A program made the translations under genes and the position numbers. The notes under the pieces are model-generated. The model searched no databases and had not been told where the DNA came from. It worked only from the letters and a program-made list of their open reading frames with translations. This document shows, piece by piece, positions 19,591-29,220 of a DNA stretch of 64,000 nucleotides; within the stretch, counting starts at the first letter, position 1, and each line of letters begins with the position of its first letter. The DNA comes from Candidatus Aminicenantes bacterium (lineage in GTDB: Bacteria > Acidobacteriota > Aminicenantia > Aminicenantales > JAFGAV01), in NCBI GenBank assembly GCA_963702835.1, contig OY969762.1:1838626-1902625 (forward strand), given 5' to 3'.

Positions 19591-21081
19591 ATGCGGGTCC
19601 AGCTCTTCATACCGCCGGGAGGCTACGCCGCCGAGCGCTGGACCAAGGGCTCATCCATGCCGCCCCTGGGCATCCTCTATCTGGCCGCGGCCCTGGAGCG
19701 GGAAGGGGTGGAGGTTCGGGTCGTCCCGGCCGAGGTCCTCAAGTTGAGCTGGCCGGACCTGGAGCGGGAAGCCCGCGACTTCGCCGCCGACATCATCGGC
19801 GTCACTTCTTTCACCGAGAACCGCTTCCAGAGCTTCGAGCTCATCCGGCGGGTAAAGAGGGCCAGGCCGGAGGCCCTGACCGTAATGGGCGGGCCCCATG
19901 CCTCGATGGCCGCCGAGGACACCCTGGCCCACCTCGGCGAGCTCGACCTGGTCGTCCGGGGCGAGGGCGAGCTGACCATAGTCGAGCTCTGCCGGGCCCT
20001 TCCAACGGGCCGCGGCCCGGAGGTCCTGGCCCGGGTGGACGGCCTGGTCTTCCGCGGGAAGGACGGCCGGGTGACGGCGGCCAGGCCCCGGCAGCCCATC
20101 CTCGACCTGGACCAGCTCCCCAGCCCCGCCTTTCATCTAATCCCTTTTGAGCGCTACCATTTCACTTTCGAGGTTCCCGGCCAAGGCCGACTGCCGGCGG
20201 TCAACGTCATGACCTCGCGCGGCTGTCCTTTCAACTGCAGCTTCTGCGCCACGCCCATCAACTGGGGCCGCCGGGTCCGCCTGCGCAGCCCGGAGAACGT
20301 GGTGGACGAGATCGAGAACCTCGTCCGCCGCTACGGCGTCCGCATTATTTTTTTCTATGACGACACCTTCAACGCCGACGTGCGGCGGGTGGAGGCCATC
20401 TGCGACCTCCTCCTTAGGCGCAAGCTGGATATCTTCTGGAAGTGCGACGTGCGGATAGACCTCATGACCAAGCCGCTCCTGGCCAAGATGAAGCAGGCCG
20501 GCCTGTTCCATCTGTCTTTCGGCCTGGAGGCCGGGTCGGAGCGCGTTCGAAACGAAGTGGTCAACAAGAAGATCGACATCCGCGATTTCCACAACCTGGT
20601 CGGCTGGTGCAATGAGATGGAAGTGGTGCCCAACGTCTTCTTCATCTTCAGCCATCCCACCGAGACCTGGCCGGAGGCCCAGGAAACCATCCGCCTCATC
20701 GAGGAGTACCGCGGCCGGATCGAAGGCTCGATCGCCATCCTCCATATCTATCCCGGAACGCCCCTGGAGCGCACGGCCAAGGAGAGGGGGGTGCTGCCCG
20801 TCGATTTTTCCTGGACACAGAAGGATTTTTCCCGGATAATCACTTTACCCATGGCCCAAGGTGAGGTGCCCTTGTTCGTGGACCGGCTGAGCTGGGGGCA
20901 GATCTCCGAGCTTGTCTTCCGCTGGTCCTTCTCCTCCGGCCGCGTCGCCGTCCTGCGCAAAATCCCCCAGGCCCTGAAGCACATCCATTCCTGGGGCGAT
21001 GTCCGCCGCTACCTGGTCATGGGCTGGGTTTATCTCCGGCTGAAAGTGGCCAAAATCTTCCGGCCCCGGGACCGGACCTGA
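19591..21081 (+). CDS. B12-binding-domain radical SAM protein (class B rSAM)
   Basis: The N-terminal cobalamin-binding fold is ADIIGVTSFTENRF...MGGPHAS. The radical-SAM cluster motif is TSRGCPFNCSFC. Confidence 0.75.
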   Translation: MRVQLFIPPGGYAAERWTKGSSMPPLGILYLAAALEREGVEVRVVPAEVLKLSWPDLEREARDFAADIIGVTSFTENRFQSFELIRRVKRARPEALTVMGGPHASMAAEDTLAHLGELDLVVRGEGELTIVELCRALPTGRGPEVLARVDGLVFRGKDGRVTAARPRQPILDLDQLPSPAFHLIPFERYHFTFEVPGQGRLPAVNVMTSRGCPFNCSFCATPINWGRRVRLRSPENVVDEIENLVRRYGVRIIFFYDDTFNADVRRVEAICDLLLRRKLDIFWKCDVRIDLMTKPLLAKMKQAGLFHLSFGLEAGSERVRNEVVNKKIDIRDFHNLVGWCNEMEVVPNVFFIFSHPTETWPEAQETIRLIEEYRGRIEGSIAILHIYPGTPLERTAKERGVLPVDFSWTQKDFSRIITLPMAQGEVPLFVDRLSWGQISELVFRWSFSSGRVAVLRKIPQALKHIHSWGDVRRYLVMGWVYLRLKVAKIFRPRDRT

Positions 21082-21094
21082 AGGAGGGGGGTTC

Positions 21095-22804
21095 ATGTCA
21101 TTATACTTGTACATCATCCTGGGCTATCTGCTGGTGCTGACCGCCTTCAATTTCCTCCGGGCTGGGCGCATCAAGAGCCAAGAGGATTTCATGGTAGCCG
21201 GCCGCAAGCTCAACCTAACGGTCATGGTCTTCACCCTCATCTGCACCTGGATCGGATCGGGGACGTTCATCGCCGGCGCCGAGTATGCGGCCAAGGCCGG
21301 CTGGTCGTCGCTGTGGCTGCCGGCCGGGGCCTGGTTCGGCATCGCCGTCATCTATTTTCTGGCGGCCAAGATCCGCACTTTCGGCCAGTACACCGTAGGC
21401 GACATTTTGGAGGTCCGCTACGGCAAATTCGCCCGCCTCTTCGGCGCCATCGCCATTATCGTCGCCTTCACCACCATCGTCTCCTACCAGTTCCGGGCCG
21501 GCGGCTATATCCTGAATGTCGCCACTAACGGCGCCGTCTCGGTCGAGGCCGGCCAGACCATCGCCGCCCTGTTCGTCATCCTCTTCACGGCCCTGGGCGG
21601 GATGGTGGCCGTGGCCCACACCGACCTTCCCAACGGGCTCATCATCCTCCTGGCTTGCTGTGTGGCCTTGCCCTTTACGGCCCTGGCGGCCGGCGGGTTC
21701 AAGGCCGCGCCCGCCGCGCTCCCCGCCCAGCATTTCGCCTTTTTCGCGGCCGACTTCGGCCAGTATCCCGCCCTCAAAGCCATCGGCTACTTCCTGGCCA
21801 CCATGCTCCTGCTGATGGGCGTCCAATCCATGTACCAGAAGTTCTATTCGGCCAAGTCGCCCCGCGAGGCAAAGCGGGCCGTGGCCATCTGGATCGTGGG
21901 GACCATCCTGGTGGAGACTCTGGTGGTGGCCATCGCCATCTACTCAGCCGCCGCCCATTGGAAGGACCTGAAGGCCTTCGAGATCGTAGGACAGGTTAAA
22001 AGCGAGGTGGCGGCCAAAAAACAGCCCCTCGCTCCGGAACAAGCCCTGCCCCGCTCTTTGGAGCTGCTCCGGGAAATGGAGGCCGCCGGAAACTTCAAGC
22101 CCGGACAGGCCGGCCAAGTGGCCGGCGCTCTCCAGGCCGCCCTGGCCGGAGCGGACACTCCCGAAAAAATAGCCGCCGTCCGGGCGGGGGTCGACCCGGC
22201 CTCGGTGGTCCTGCAGGCGGCCAAGGATATAGGCTCCAAGGGCGGGATCAGCCTCATCGTCGGGCTGCTCCTCCTCGGAGCGGCCTGCGCCGTGGTCATT
22301 TCCACGGGCATGAACTACCTCCTCTCCCCTTCGACCAATATTATGCGCGATATCTATCAGCGCTTCCTCAAGCCAAACGCCGACCAGCGCAAAATGGTCG
22401 CCCTGCAGAAGGTTTTTGTGGTCATCCTGGGCCTGTGCGCTTTCCTGATGATCTTTGTTCCCACCGTCCTCCATGCGCGCATCTCGGTCCTGCGCTATGC
22501 CTTTTTCGCCTACACCATGTACGGGGTGTCCATTACTCCGGCCCTGCTGGCCGCCCTGACCTGGAAGAGGGCCACCAAGCTGGGCGGAGTGGCGTCCATC
22601 GTCTCAGGCGCCGTAACGGCCATTCTTTTCGAGCTGGTCATCCCCAACGCCTTTCCCAATGTGCTCAAGGGGGGAGACCCCTGGGGCATCCCCAGCATCT
22701 ACCCGGCCCTGGCCGTTTCCTTGCTCTTCTTAATCATTGGCAGTCTGGCCTCGCCCAAGCCCGGGCCGGAACAGTTGATCAAACTCTTCCCGGGAAAAAA
22801 ATGA
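21095..22804 (+). CDS. sodium:solute symporter family (SSF) transporter with a ~100-aa soluble insert
   Basis: It has about 13 TM segments. The N-terminus FMVAGRKLN...GSGTFIAGAEYAAKAGW is typical of SSF/PutP-like carriers. The central hydrophilic insert is around residues 290-390. Confidence 0.7.
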   Translation: MSLYLYIILGYLLVLTAFNFLRAGRIKSQEDFMVAGRKLNLTVMVFTLICTWIGSGTFIAGAEYAAKAGWSSLWLPAGAWFGIAVIYFLAAKIRTFGQYTVGDILEVRYGKFARLFGAIAIIVAFTTIVSYQFRAGGYILNVATNGAVSVEAGQTIAALFVILFTALGGMVAVAHTDLPNGLIILLACCVALPFTALAAGGFKAAPAALPAQHFAFFAADFGQYPALKAIGYFLATMLLLMGVQSMYQKFYSAKSPREAKRAVAIWIVGTILVETLVVAIAIYSAAAHWKDLKAFEIVGQVKSEVAAKKQPLAPEQALPRSLELLREMEAAGNFKPGQAGQVAGALQAALAGADTPEKIAAVRAGVDPASVVLQAAKDIGSKGGISLIVGLLLLGAACAVVISTGMNYLLSPSTNIMRDIYQRFLKPNADQRKMVALQKVFVVILGLCAFLMIFVPTVLHARISVLRYAFFAYTMYGVSITPALLAALTWKRATKLGGVASIVSGAVTAILFELVIPNAFPNVLKGGDPWGIPSIYPALAVSLLFLIIGSLASPKPGPEQLIKLFPGKK

Positions 22805-22865
22805 CCCGGCGGCCTCCTCCGGGCCGGCCCCGGCCGCCGAGCACCGTTACGGGTAGGAGGACAGC

Positions 22866-23903
22866 ATGACCATCCGCACCGGCCTCGTCCGGGACCGGCG
22901 ATTCCTGGATCACACCATGGGGCCCGGCCATGTGGAGAGCCCTCTTCGACTGGAAGCCATCAGCGCCATGCTGGCTGAGGAAAAACCGGACAATCTCACC
23001 GAGATAGCGCCGCGGCCGGCCACTGAGCAGGAATTGGAGCTCATTCACACCGCCGCCTATGTGCGCTCCATACGGGAAACCGCTGGAAAGCCGCTGGTCG
23101 TTCTCGACCCTGACACCTCAACCTCGGCCTTGAGCTGGGAGACGGCCCGCCTGGCCGCGGGCGGGACGATCGAAGCCGCCGAGGCTATCCGGCGGGGAGA
23201 GGTCCGCAACGCTTTTGCCCTAGTCCGGCCGCCGGGGCATCATGCCGAGGCCGGACGGGCCATGGGCTTTTGCATTTTCAACAATGTAGCCGTGGCCGCC
23301 GCGCACTTGGTACGAAACGCCGGCCTGAAAAGGGTCCTCATCGCTGACTGGGACCTCCACCAGGGCAACGGCACCCAGCAAGCGTTCTATGAGCGCCGGG
23401 ACGTCCTCTACTTCTCTACCCACCAGTACCCCTATTATCCCGGCACGGGCTTCTGGGATGAAACCGGAAAGGGAGAGGGCCAGGGCTTCACGGTCAACAT
23501 CCCCCTGTCGCCGGGCAAGAACGACTATGATTACCTGTTCATCTACCGGAACATCCTCGGCCCCATCGCCGCCGAGTTCCGGCCGGAGTTCATCCTGGTC
23601 TCGGCGGGCTTCGACATTTATGGCGGAGATCCGCTGGGCGGCATGGAGGTGAGTCCGGAAGGCTTCGCCGCCCTGGCCGCCGAACTTCTCTCCCAGGCCG
23701 CGCATCTTTGCGGCGGCCGGATCCTTTTCGCCCTGGAAGGGGGGTACAGTTTGGCCGGGCTCAGGGAAGGGGTCAAACAAGTATTGCTGCAAATGAACGG
23801 AACCGGCAAAGCTCCTTCCCTGCCGGCTGAAGCATCCGTCTCAACGCTAAAAGAATTGGCTCCCGCGCTCGACCACCTAAGAAAATATTGGCCAATCCCG
23901 TAG
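22866..23903 (+). CDS. histone deacetylase-family (arginase/deacetylase fold) hydrolase; AcuC/acetylpolyamine amidohydrolase-like
   Basis: RPPGHHAE...DWDLHQGNGTQ...YPGTG are the HDAC-superfamily zinc/active-site motifs. Confidence 0.75.
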   Translation: MTIRTGLVRDRRFLDHTMGPGHVESPLRLEAISAMLAEEKPDNLTEIAPRPATEQELELIHTAAYVRSIRETAGKPLVVLDPDTSTSALSWETARLAAGGTIEAAEAIRRGEVRNAFALVRPPGHHAEAGRAMGFCIFNNVAVAAAHLVRNAGLKRVLIADWDLHQGNGTQQAFYERRDVLYFSTHQYPYYPGTGFWDETGKGEGQGFTVNIPLSPGKNDYDYLFIYRNILGPIAAEFRPEFILVSAGFDIYGGDPLGGMEVSPEGFAALAAELLSQAAHLCGGRILFALEGGYSLAGLREGVKQVLLQMNGTGKAPSLPAEASVSTLKELAPALDHLRKYWPIP

Positions 23904-23950
23904 AAGGATTGTGTCATAATATAAAGGGCAGGCGTCCCCTAATGAGGACA

Positions 23951-23976
23951 AAAAAGCTTGGCCCGGCCGCTTTTTT
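23951..23976 (+). terminator. possible bidirectional intrinsic terminator (A-tract / GC stem / T6)
   Basis: The sequence is aaaaagcttggcccggccgcttttttc, downstream of the HDAC-like gene. The stem is short and imperfect. Confidence 0.35.
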
Positions 23977-24032
23977 CAGGGAAGAGAAATGGCATAGATT
24001 TTGCTAATTTTATGTGAGGAAGGAGAAAGGCC

Positions 24033-25844
24033 ATGAAGAAAGCATTAATAATGGCGTCGATCCTGCTCCTCTCGGCCGCTTTTGTTTGGGCCGAGGAGGA
24101 GCCAGTCTATAACAACAAATCCGTTGCCAGGCTTAATTATGTCAACGGGAACACCTACCTCCAACGGGCAGCCGACCTGGCCTATGAAGAAGGACAAGTC
24201 AATGCGCCCGTGACCGAAGGAGACCGGCTGGGCACAACCGAAGGCCGGGCCGAAGTGGCTTTGGGCCAAGGCAACTACCTCCGCCTCAACATGGATACAA
24301 AAGTAGACTTCCTCAACTTCCCCAAGAAGAATGCGGACCAAACCCGGCTGAAGGTCTGGACGGGCAGCGTCTATCTCTCCCTCTACTCCCTGATTAAAGA
24401 AAAATGCTACGAAGTCCACACCTCCGATGCCTCGATCTATGTCCTGGAGAAAGGCCTGTTCCGGGTGGACGTCCTGGAGAACGAAAAGACCGAGGTCCAG
24501 GTCTTTGAGGGAGCGGTCGAAGTGGCCGGCGAAGGCGGTTCGAACATTCTCAGCAGCGGCCAGAGGATTGAAGTGGCCGGCGGCAGGTTCCTCTCCCGGC
24601 CCGACCGGCTCGTGGCGGCGGCCGAGGATAATTTCGATACCTGGAACACGGAGCGGGAGACTCTGCTCCGCAAGCAGTTGGCCCAGCATTACCTGCCGGA
24701 AGAGTTGTGGGAATACGAGCCTGAACTCGACCAGTACGGCGATTGGCGGACCATGCCTGCCTACGGCAATGTCTGGATCCCCCGCGGCCTCGGCCCGGAC
24801 TGGCGTCCCTATTCCTTCGGACACTGGGCCTGGATTCCATTCTGCGGCTGGACCTGGGTCGGCTATGACCCCTGGGGCTGGGCCCCCTTCCATTACGGCC
24901 GCTGGCAGTGGGACGCGTTTTACGGCTGGTACTGGATCCCCACGACCATCTGGGGCCCGGCCTGGGTGAGCTGGTGGTGGGGCTGGGACTACTACGGATG
25001 GGCGCCCTTAGGCTGGTACGGCTATCCGGGGGTCATCATCAACAACCGTTATTATGACCGCTATAACGGCGATTATCCCTACAATTCCCGGGCCCTCACC
25101 GTCGTCCATAAGAATCAGCTCAAGGCTCCCGACGTGTCCAAGGTGATTGTCAGCTCCGATAAGTTGCGGGTCGCGGACAAGATTACCATGACCACCGATA
25201 CCCGACTGTCGCCCAGGCCCGAAGGTTTCAAGGCGGTGTCCATAGAGAAATTGGACAACGGCCGGGTCTTCCTGCGCAATACCGGTTCGGCCGGCTCGGA
25301 AGAGCGCGTCATCCGAGGCCGCACCTCGAGCACGGGCTCGAGCACAAGCGGCCAGGAAACCGGGAAGGGTACGGTCATCCGCAAACGCGATTCCGCCGAG
25401 GGGCAGGATTCGGACAGCTCGACGCGACGGGTTACGGAAAGGCCCTCCCGGGACAGCGGCTCATCGAATACCGGCCAGGGACAGGGCACTTCCCAGAGCA
25501 ATCCGGTTGAGCGCAAGATACGCAAGAAAGGCGAGGGCGATGAGTCTTCGGCCTCCGGGTCGTTCAGGCCGAACAGCTTCTCCGGCTACCCCTCCTCATC
25601 GGAAGGAAGCTCTTCGGGATACACCAGCCGGTCCTCATCCTTCTATCACAACATATTCCGTTCCGGATCCTCAACTCGTTCGACGACCTTCAGCAGCCCT
25701 TGGAGAGGATCGAGCTCTCGCTCTTTTTCGGGGACTTCTTCCTCCTCCCGCTCTTCCTCCTCCTCAAGAAGCAGCCGCTCGTCCTCCAGCTCTAGCTCCG
25801 GACATTCCCATTCGTCCTCGGGAAGCGTCAGGAGAAAAAATTAA
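24033..25844 (+). CDS. secreted protein: N-terminal FecR-like β domain (tentative), central Trp/Tyr/Gly-rich repeat region, C-terminal Ser/Arg-rich low-complexity tail
   Basis: It has a signal peptide (MKKALIMASILLLSAAFVWA). Residues ~225-335 are WAWIPFCGWTWVGYDPWGWAPFHYGRWQWDAFYGWYWIPTTIWGPAWVSWWWGWDYYGWAPLGWYGYPGV. The tail is ...SSSRSSSSSRSSRSSSSSSSGHSHSS. Confidence 0.55.
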   Translation: MKKALIMASILLLSAAFVWAEEEPVYNNKSVARLNYVNGNTYLQRAADLAYEEGQVNAPVTEGDRLGTTEGRAEVALGQGNYLRLNMDTKVDFLNFPKKNADQTRLKVWTGSVYLSLYSLIKEKCYEVHTSDASIYVLEKGLFRVDVLENEKTEVQVFEGAVEVAGEGGSNILSSGQRIEVAGGRFLSRPDRLVAAAEDNFDTWNTERETLLRKQLAQHYLPEELWEYEPELDQYGDWRTMPAYGNVWIPRGLGPDWRPYSFGHWAWIPFCGWTWVGYDPWGWAPFHYGRWQWDAFYGWYWIPTTIWGPAWVSWWWGWDYYGWAPLGWYGYPGVIINNRYYDRYNGDYPYNSRALTVVHKNQLKAPDVSKVIVSSDKLRVADKITMTTDTRLSPRPEGFKAVSIEKLDNGRVFLRNTGSAGSEERVIRGRTSSTGSSTSGQETGKGTVIRKRDSAEGQDSDSSTRRVTERPSRDSGSSNTGQGQGTSQSNPVERKIRKKGEGDESSASGSFRPNSFSGYPSSSEGSSSGYTSRSSSFYHNIFRSGSSTRSTTFSSPWRGSSSRSFSGTSSSSRSSSSSRSSRSSSSSSSGHSHSSSGSVRRKN

Positions 25845-25907
25845 GCTTAGAAACGGTGAAGCTTAGGGACAGCCCCCCGGGGACTGTCCCTTTTTTATTT
25901 TATTGAT

Positions 25908-28337
25908 TTAGGGCTGGTGGTCCCGCTCTTCGGAAGCCTTTTCCACCCCGTAATAATCCAAGATCATCATGTGGTCTTCGATCGTGCAAAAGCGCGTGGG
26001 CCCGGTGCCGGCCAGGAAGGCCTCCCGCAGCGGCCAGAGGCAGGCGGGCGTGGCCAGGAAGCCCGTCTTGCGGTCCACTTCGATGAAGTCAATGCTTGGG
26101 GGAACTCGGAATTCTTCATGAGGCGGTAGCTTCTTCTCCTGAACAGCCTTGGCCTTCTCCGCCTCGATGAGCTGTTTGAAGAAACCAATCCAGATGGGCA
26201 GGGCCGCTACGGCGCCCGAATGCCGGGGCGCAATCTCCTGTTGGGTGTCCCGCCCTACCCAGACGCCGGCGCACAGCGAGGGGGAGAATCCGATGAACCA
26301 GGCGTCACTGAAATTGTCAGTGGTCCCTGTCTTGCCGGCTAGGGGTTTGTCCCTGGTCAGGGGCGCGGCCGCCCAGCCTGTCCCCCCTCCCTGGACGACA
26401 CCCTGCAGGAGGTAGGTCATGAGGTAGGCGGTCTGGGCCGAGATGACATCCTCGGTCTCGACCTTGGCCTCTTCCAGGATGTTTCCTTCTTTATCCTCGA
26501 CTCGGGCAATGAAATACGGTTTGACCCGAACCCCTTGGTTGGGGAAGGCGGAGTAAGCCGAAACAAGTTCCAAGGGAGTCACCTCAAAGGTGCCCAGGGC
26601 CAGAGACAGATAGGGATAGATGGGCGAGCTCAGGCCGAACTTACGGCAGTATTCCACGCCCGTTTGGGGCGAAATGGAATCCAGGATCTTGGCCGTGACG
26701 ATGTTCCGCGACTCAGCCAGGCCGATGCGCAGGGTGACTGCCCCTTTGTACAGCCCGTCGTAGTTGGGCGGGGACCAGGGCTTGCCCGACCACTTGTCCA
26801 GGAAATCGGTCGGCTCATCGATGATCCGGCTGGCGGCGGTGAAACCGTTCTCCAGGGCGGCGGTGTAGAGGACGGGCTTGATGGCCGAGCCCGCCTGCCG
26901 CAGGGCTTGAGTGGCGCGGTTGAACTCGGATTTGCGGAAGGAGTGGCCGCCGATCATGGCTTTGACCTGACCGGTCTGAGGGACGATGGCCAGGAAAGCT
27001 GCTTCGACCTGAGGTTCCTGGTCGAGCGAGACTTCCAATTCCTTCTTGGCCTCGTCCACTTTCCGGAGAACCACCTGGATAACGTCCCCGGGCTTGATGA
27101 GCCGGTCGAGAGTGCGCGCTTTTGTCCAGGCGATGTCCTTGTTGGTCAGCAGGCCTTTGTATTCTTTGATCCTGACCGTCGCCTCGGCCTTGGCTGCGGT
27201 CAGGACCACGGCCTCCTCCACGGTGTCGGCCTCGACCTGGGAAGAGGTCCAGGCCTCCAGCCAGACCTTCTCCGGGTCCATCTTCTCCGCCAGCAGGTTT
27301 CTTTTATCCATCCGCCAGCCCAGGCGCTTGTCGATCGTCCGCAGCTGAGTGTCCACGGCCTTCTCGGCATAGGTCTGCAGCTCCGGGTTGAAGGTGGTGC
27401 TGATCTTCAGCCCCTGGCGGTAGAGCGCTTCATAGCCGTACTGTTTCTCGATATAGCGGCGGACCTCTTCGAAGAAATAGGCGCCGAAATCCGAAAAGGC
27501 CCGGCTGAGGGGGAGGACGGTCAGAGGTTTCTTCATGGCCACCTGGGCCGCTTCCCGGGTGATGTACTTCTCCTCCATCATCCGCTTCAGGACATGATTG
27601 CGCCGCTGGAGGGTGAGGTCCGGTGCATTATAGGGCGAGTAGATGGAAGGCCCGCGCAAAATCCCGGCCAGCATGGCCGCTTCTTCCAGGGTCAGGTCGG
27701 TGACGCTTTTGCCGAAGAACAGGTTGGAGGCCGTCTCCACGCCGTAAACGCCGTGGCCGAAATAGAACTGGTTGCAGTACATCTCCAGGATCTTCTGCTT
27801 GGAGTAGCGGCCTTCGATGCGCATGGACAGGACGGCTTCCTTGAGCTTGCGGCGCAGGGTCAGCTCGCGCCGCAGGAAAAGCGAGGTGGCCAGTTGCTGG
27901 GTGATGGTGCTCCCGCCCTCGGGCCTTCCCCGGCGCCGGCCGATCCTGAGGTTCTCCTTGACCGCTCGGAGGACGCCGATGAGGTCCACGCCCCGATGGC
28001 TGAAAAAACGGGGGTCTTCCGTGGCGATGATGGCCTTCTTCAGCAGGTCGGGGATCTTGGCATAGGACACCTCCAGCCGCCGCTCGACGGCAAACTCTTT
28101 GACCAGCCGGCCGTCGTCGCCGTAGACGGAGGTGATGATATAGGGCTCGAAATGCTCCAGCTCATCCACCGAGGGCAGGTTGCGGGTGACGGTGTAGTAC
28201 CCCCCCAAGCATAAGCCCAGGAAAGCCGCGATCAGAAAAAAGCAGGTCTGGCCCATAACCCGAAAAATTTTCTCCCTCTTCTCCGGGCTGGGCCGGCGGA
28301 TGCGTATCTTCAGAACTATCTTTTTCCAATCGGCCAT
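25908..28337 (-). CDS. mrcA: class A penicillin-binding protein (PBP1A; bifunctional transglycosylase/transpeptidase)
   Basis: The GT51 motifs are RIEGRYSKQKILEMYCNQFYFGHGVYG. The transpeptidase motifs are SxxK (GSAIKP), SxN (ESRN) and KTG (AGKTGTT). The ORF track extends to GTG 28397. ATG 28337 is the alternative used here. Confidence 0.85.
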   Translation of the reverse strand: MADWKKIVLKIRIRRPSPEKREKIFRVMGQTCFFLIAAFLGLCLGGYYTVTRNLPSVDELEHFEPYIITSVYGDDGRLVKEFAVERRLEVSYAKIPDLLKKAIIATEDPRFFSHRGVDLIGVLRAVKENLRIGRRRGRPEGGSTITQQLATSLFLRRELTLRRKLKEAVLSMRIEGRYSKQKILEMYCNQFYFGHGVYGVETASNLFFGKSVTDLTLEEAAMLAGILRGPSIYSPYNAPDLTLQRRNHVLKRMMEEKYITREAAQVAMKKPLTVLPLSRAFSDFGAYFFEEVRRYIEKQYGYEALYRQGLKISTTFNPELQTYAEKAVDTQLRTIDKRLGWRMDKRNLLAEKMDPEKVWLEAWTSSQVEADTVEEAVVLTAAKAEATVRIKEYKGLLTNKDIAWTKARTLDRLIKPGDVIQVVLRKVDEAKKELEVSLDQEPQVEAAFLAIVPQTGQVKAMIGGHSFRKSEFNRATQALRQAGSAIKPVLYTAALENGFTAASRIIDEPTDFLDKWSGKPWSPPNYDGLYKGAVTLRIGLAESRNIVTAKILDSISPQTGVEYCRKFGLSSPIYPYLSLALGTFEVTPLELVSAYSAFPNQGVRVKPYFIARVEDKEGNILEEAKVETEDVISAQTAYLMTYLLQGVVQGGGTGWAAAPLTRDKPLAGKTGTTDNFSDAWFIGFSPSLCAGVWVGRDTQQEIAPRHSGAVAALPIWIGFFKQLIEAEKAKAVQEKKLPPHEEFRVPPSIDFIEVDRKTGFLATPACLWPLREAFLAGTGPTRFCTIEDHMMILDYYGVEKASEERDHQP

Positions 28338-28651
28338 GGGGGCAGGATACACCAGACGGCGGCGGAAAGACAAACTCACAGGTGGCCCGTTGGGCACCAG
28401 GCCGCATGCTGTCGCATCATGCCCGAGCGGTCATGGCCTAGGCTCAATGAACCTCCTCCGCCTTGCCCGGAGGATGGCCTTGATTTATAATATAAAAATG
28501 AGTAGGAAGATTTGGCGCAGGAATTTCTCCGAGTTCCCTGAAGCCCGGCGTTTCGACCGGACCTATTATCTAGCCATGAGTCCCCAAGAAAGGCTTGAAA
28601 CAGTCCAAATCCTTCGGGAACGCGCGCATAAAACCGATAGAGGCCTGGGCC

Positions 28652-28954
28652 ATGAAGGCCGAAAAAGACTTCGAAGAATTATTCGCATTATTCAACAAGC
28701 ATAGAGTCCGATATTGCATCGTGGGCTCTTATGCCGTGGCCTTCCATGCCAGGCCGCGCTACACAAAGGATATCGATATCCTGATCGAAGCCAGCCAAAA
28801 AAACAGCCGCAGCGTCGTGCGCGCCCTGAACGAATTCGGGTTTAAAAGCCTTAGGCTGTCCGATAAGGATTTGCTGCCCGACCTCAGAAGCTCCAGGAGC
28901 AGGAGTACCGGACCTCGGGAGCCAAGGCTTTCCCGGCCATACTTCCCAGGCTGA
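28652..28954 (+). CDS. nucleotidyltransferase-fold stub (MNT/AbiEii-like motif), possibly truncated
   Basis: The motif CIVGSYAVAFHARPRYTKDIDILIE follows the G[SG]x9-13Dx[DE] pattern of minimal nucleotidyltransferases. It overlaps another small ORF (28498-28704) in a different frame and the minus-strand remnant below. The region is lower in GC. Confidence 0.35.
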   Translation: MKAEKDFEELFALFNKHRVRYCIVGSYAVAFHARPRYTKDIDILIEASQKNSRSVVRALNEFGFKSLRLSDKDLLPDLRSSRSRSTGPREPRLSRPYFPG

Positions 28955-29192
28955 GGATGAAGACGCCCGGGCCTATCGGCTTGCCTATGCCCAGGCTTGC
29001 TGTCTTGTAGAGCCCTGAATTGGTGTAATCTCTGATAATCCTGATTGGCCCTATGGGAGTTTGGTTGAGCTGAGCATCCAGTCCTAGAGCAGTGAAGTCT
29101 GAAAGGATGTTCTTGGCGTAAATTCCTCTGAAGCCTAAAATGCCGACATCTTTTAGCGTCTGTTGTTGGTTCCTGTTAATATGTATTGCAAT
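28887..29192 (-). pseudogene. start-less coding-like remnant (about 100 codons open, no ATG/GTG/TTG start)
   Basis: Manual minus-strand translation gives ...TLKDVGILGFRGIYAKNILSDFTALGLDAQLNQTPIGPIRIIRDYTNSGLYKTASLGIGKPIGPGVFILSLGSMAGKAL.... It is bounded by a TAA upstream and a TGA at 28884-28886. The stretch is AT-rich and the family is not recognised. Confidence 0.3.
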
Positions 29193-29220
29193 TTAGATAA
29201 ACCTAAACTATTATACATAT

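Noticed and set aside
26535-28214. 559-aa plus-strand ORF
   Set aside because: It is antisense to the PBP1A gene and low-complexity. It is a GC-driven artefact.
28498-28704. 69-aa ORF (MSRKIWRRNF...YYLAMSPQERLETVQILRE...) overlapping the MNT-like stub
   Set aside because: It overlaps the nucleotidyltransferase-motif ORF in a different frame. Which frame, if either, is expressed cannot be settled from the sequence. It may be the N-terminal part of a frameshifted gene. It is recorded under the MNT-like feature instead.
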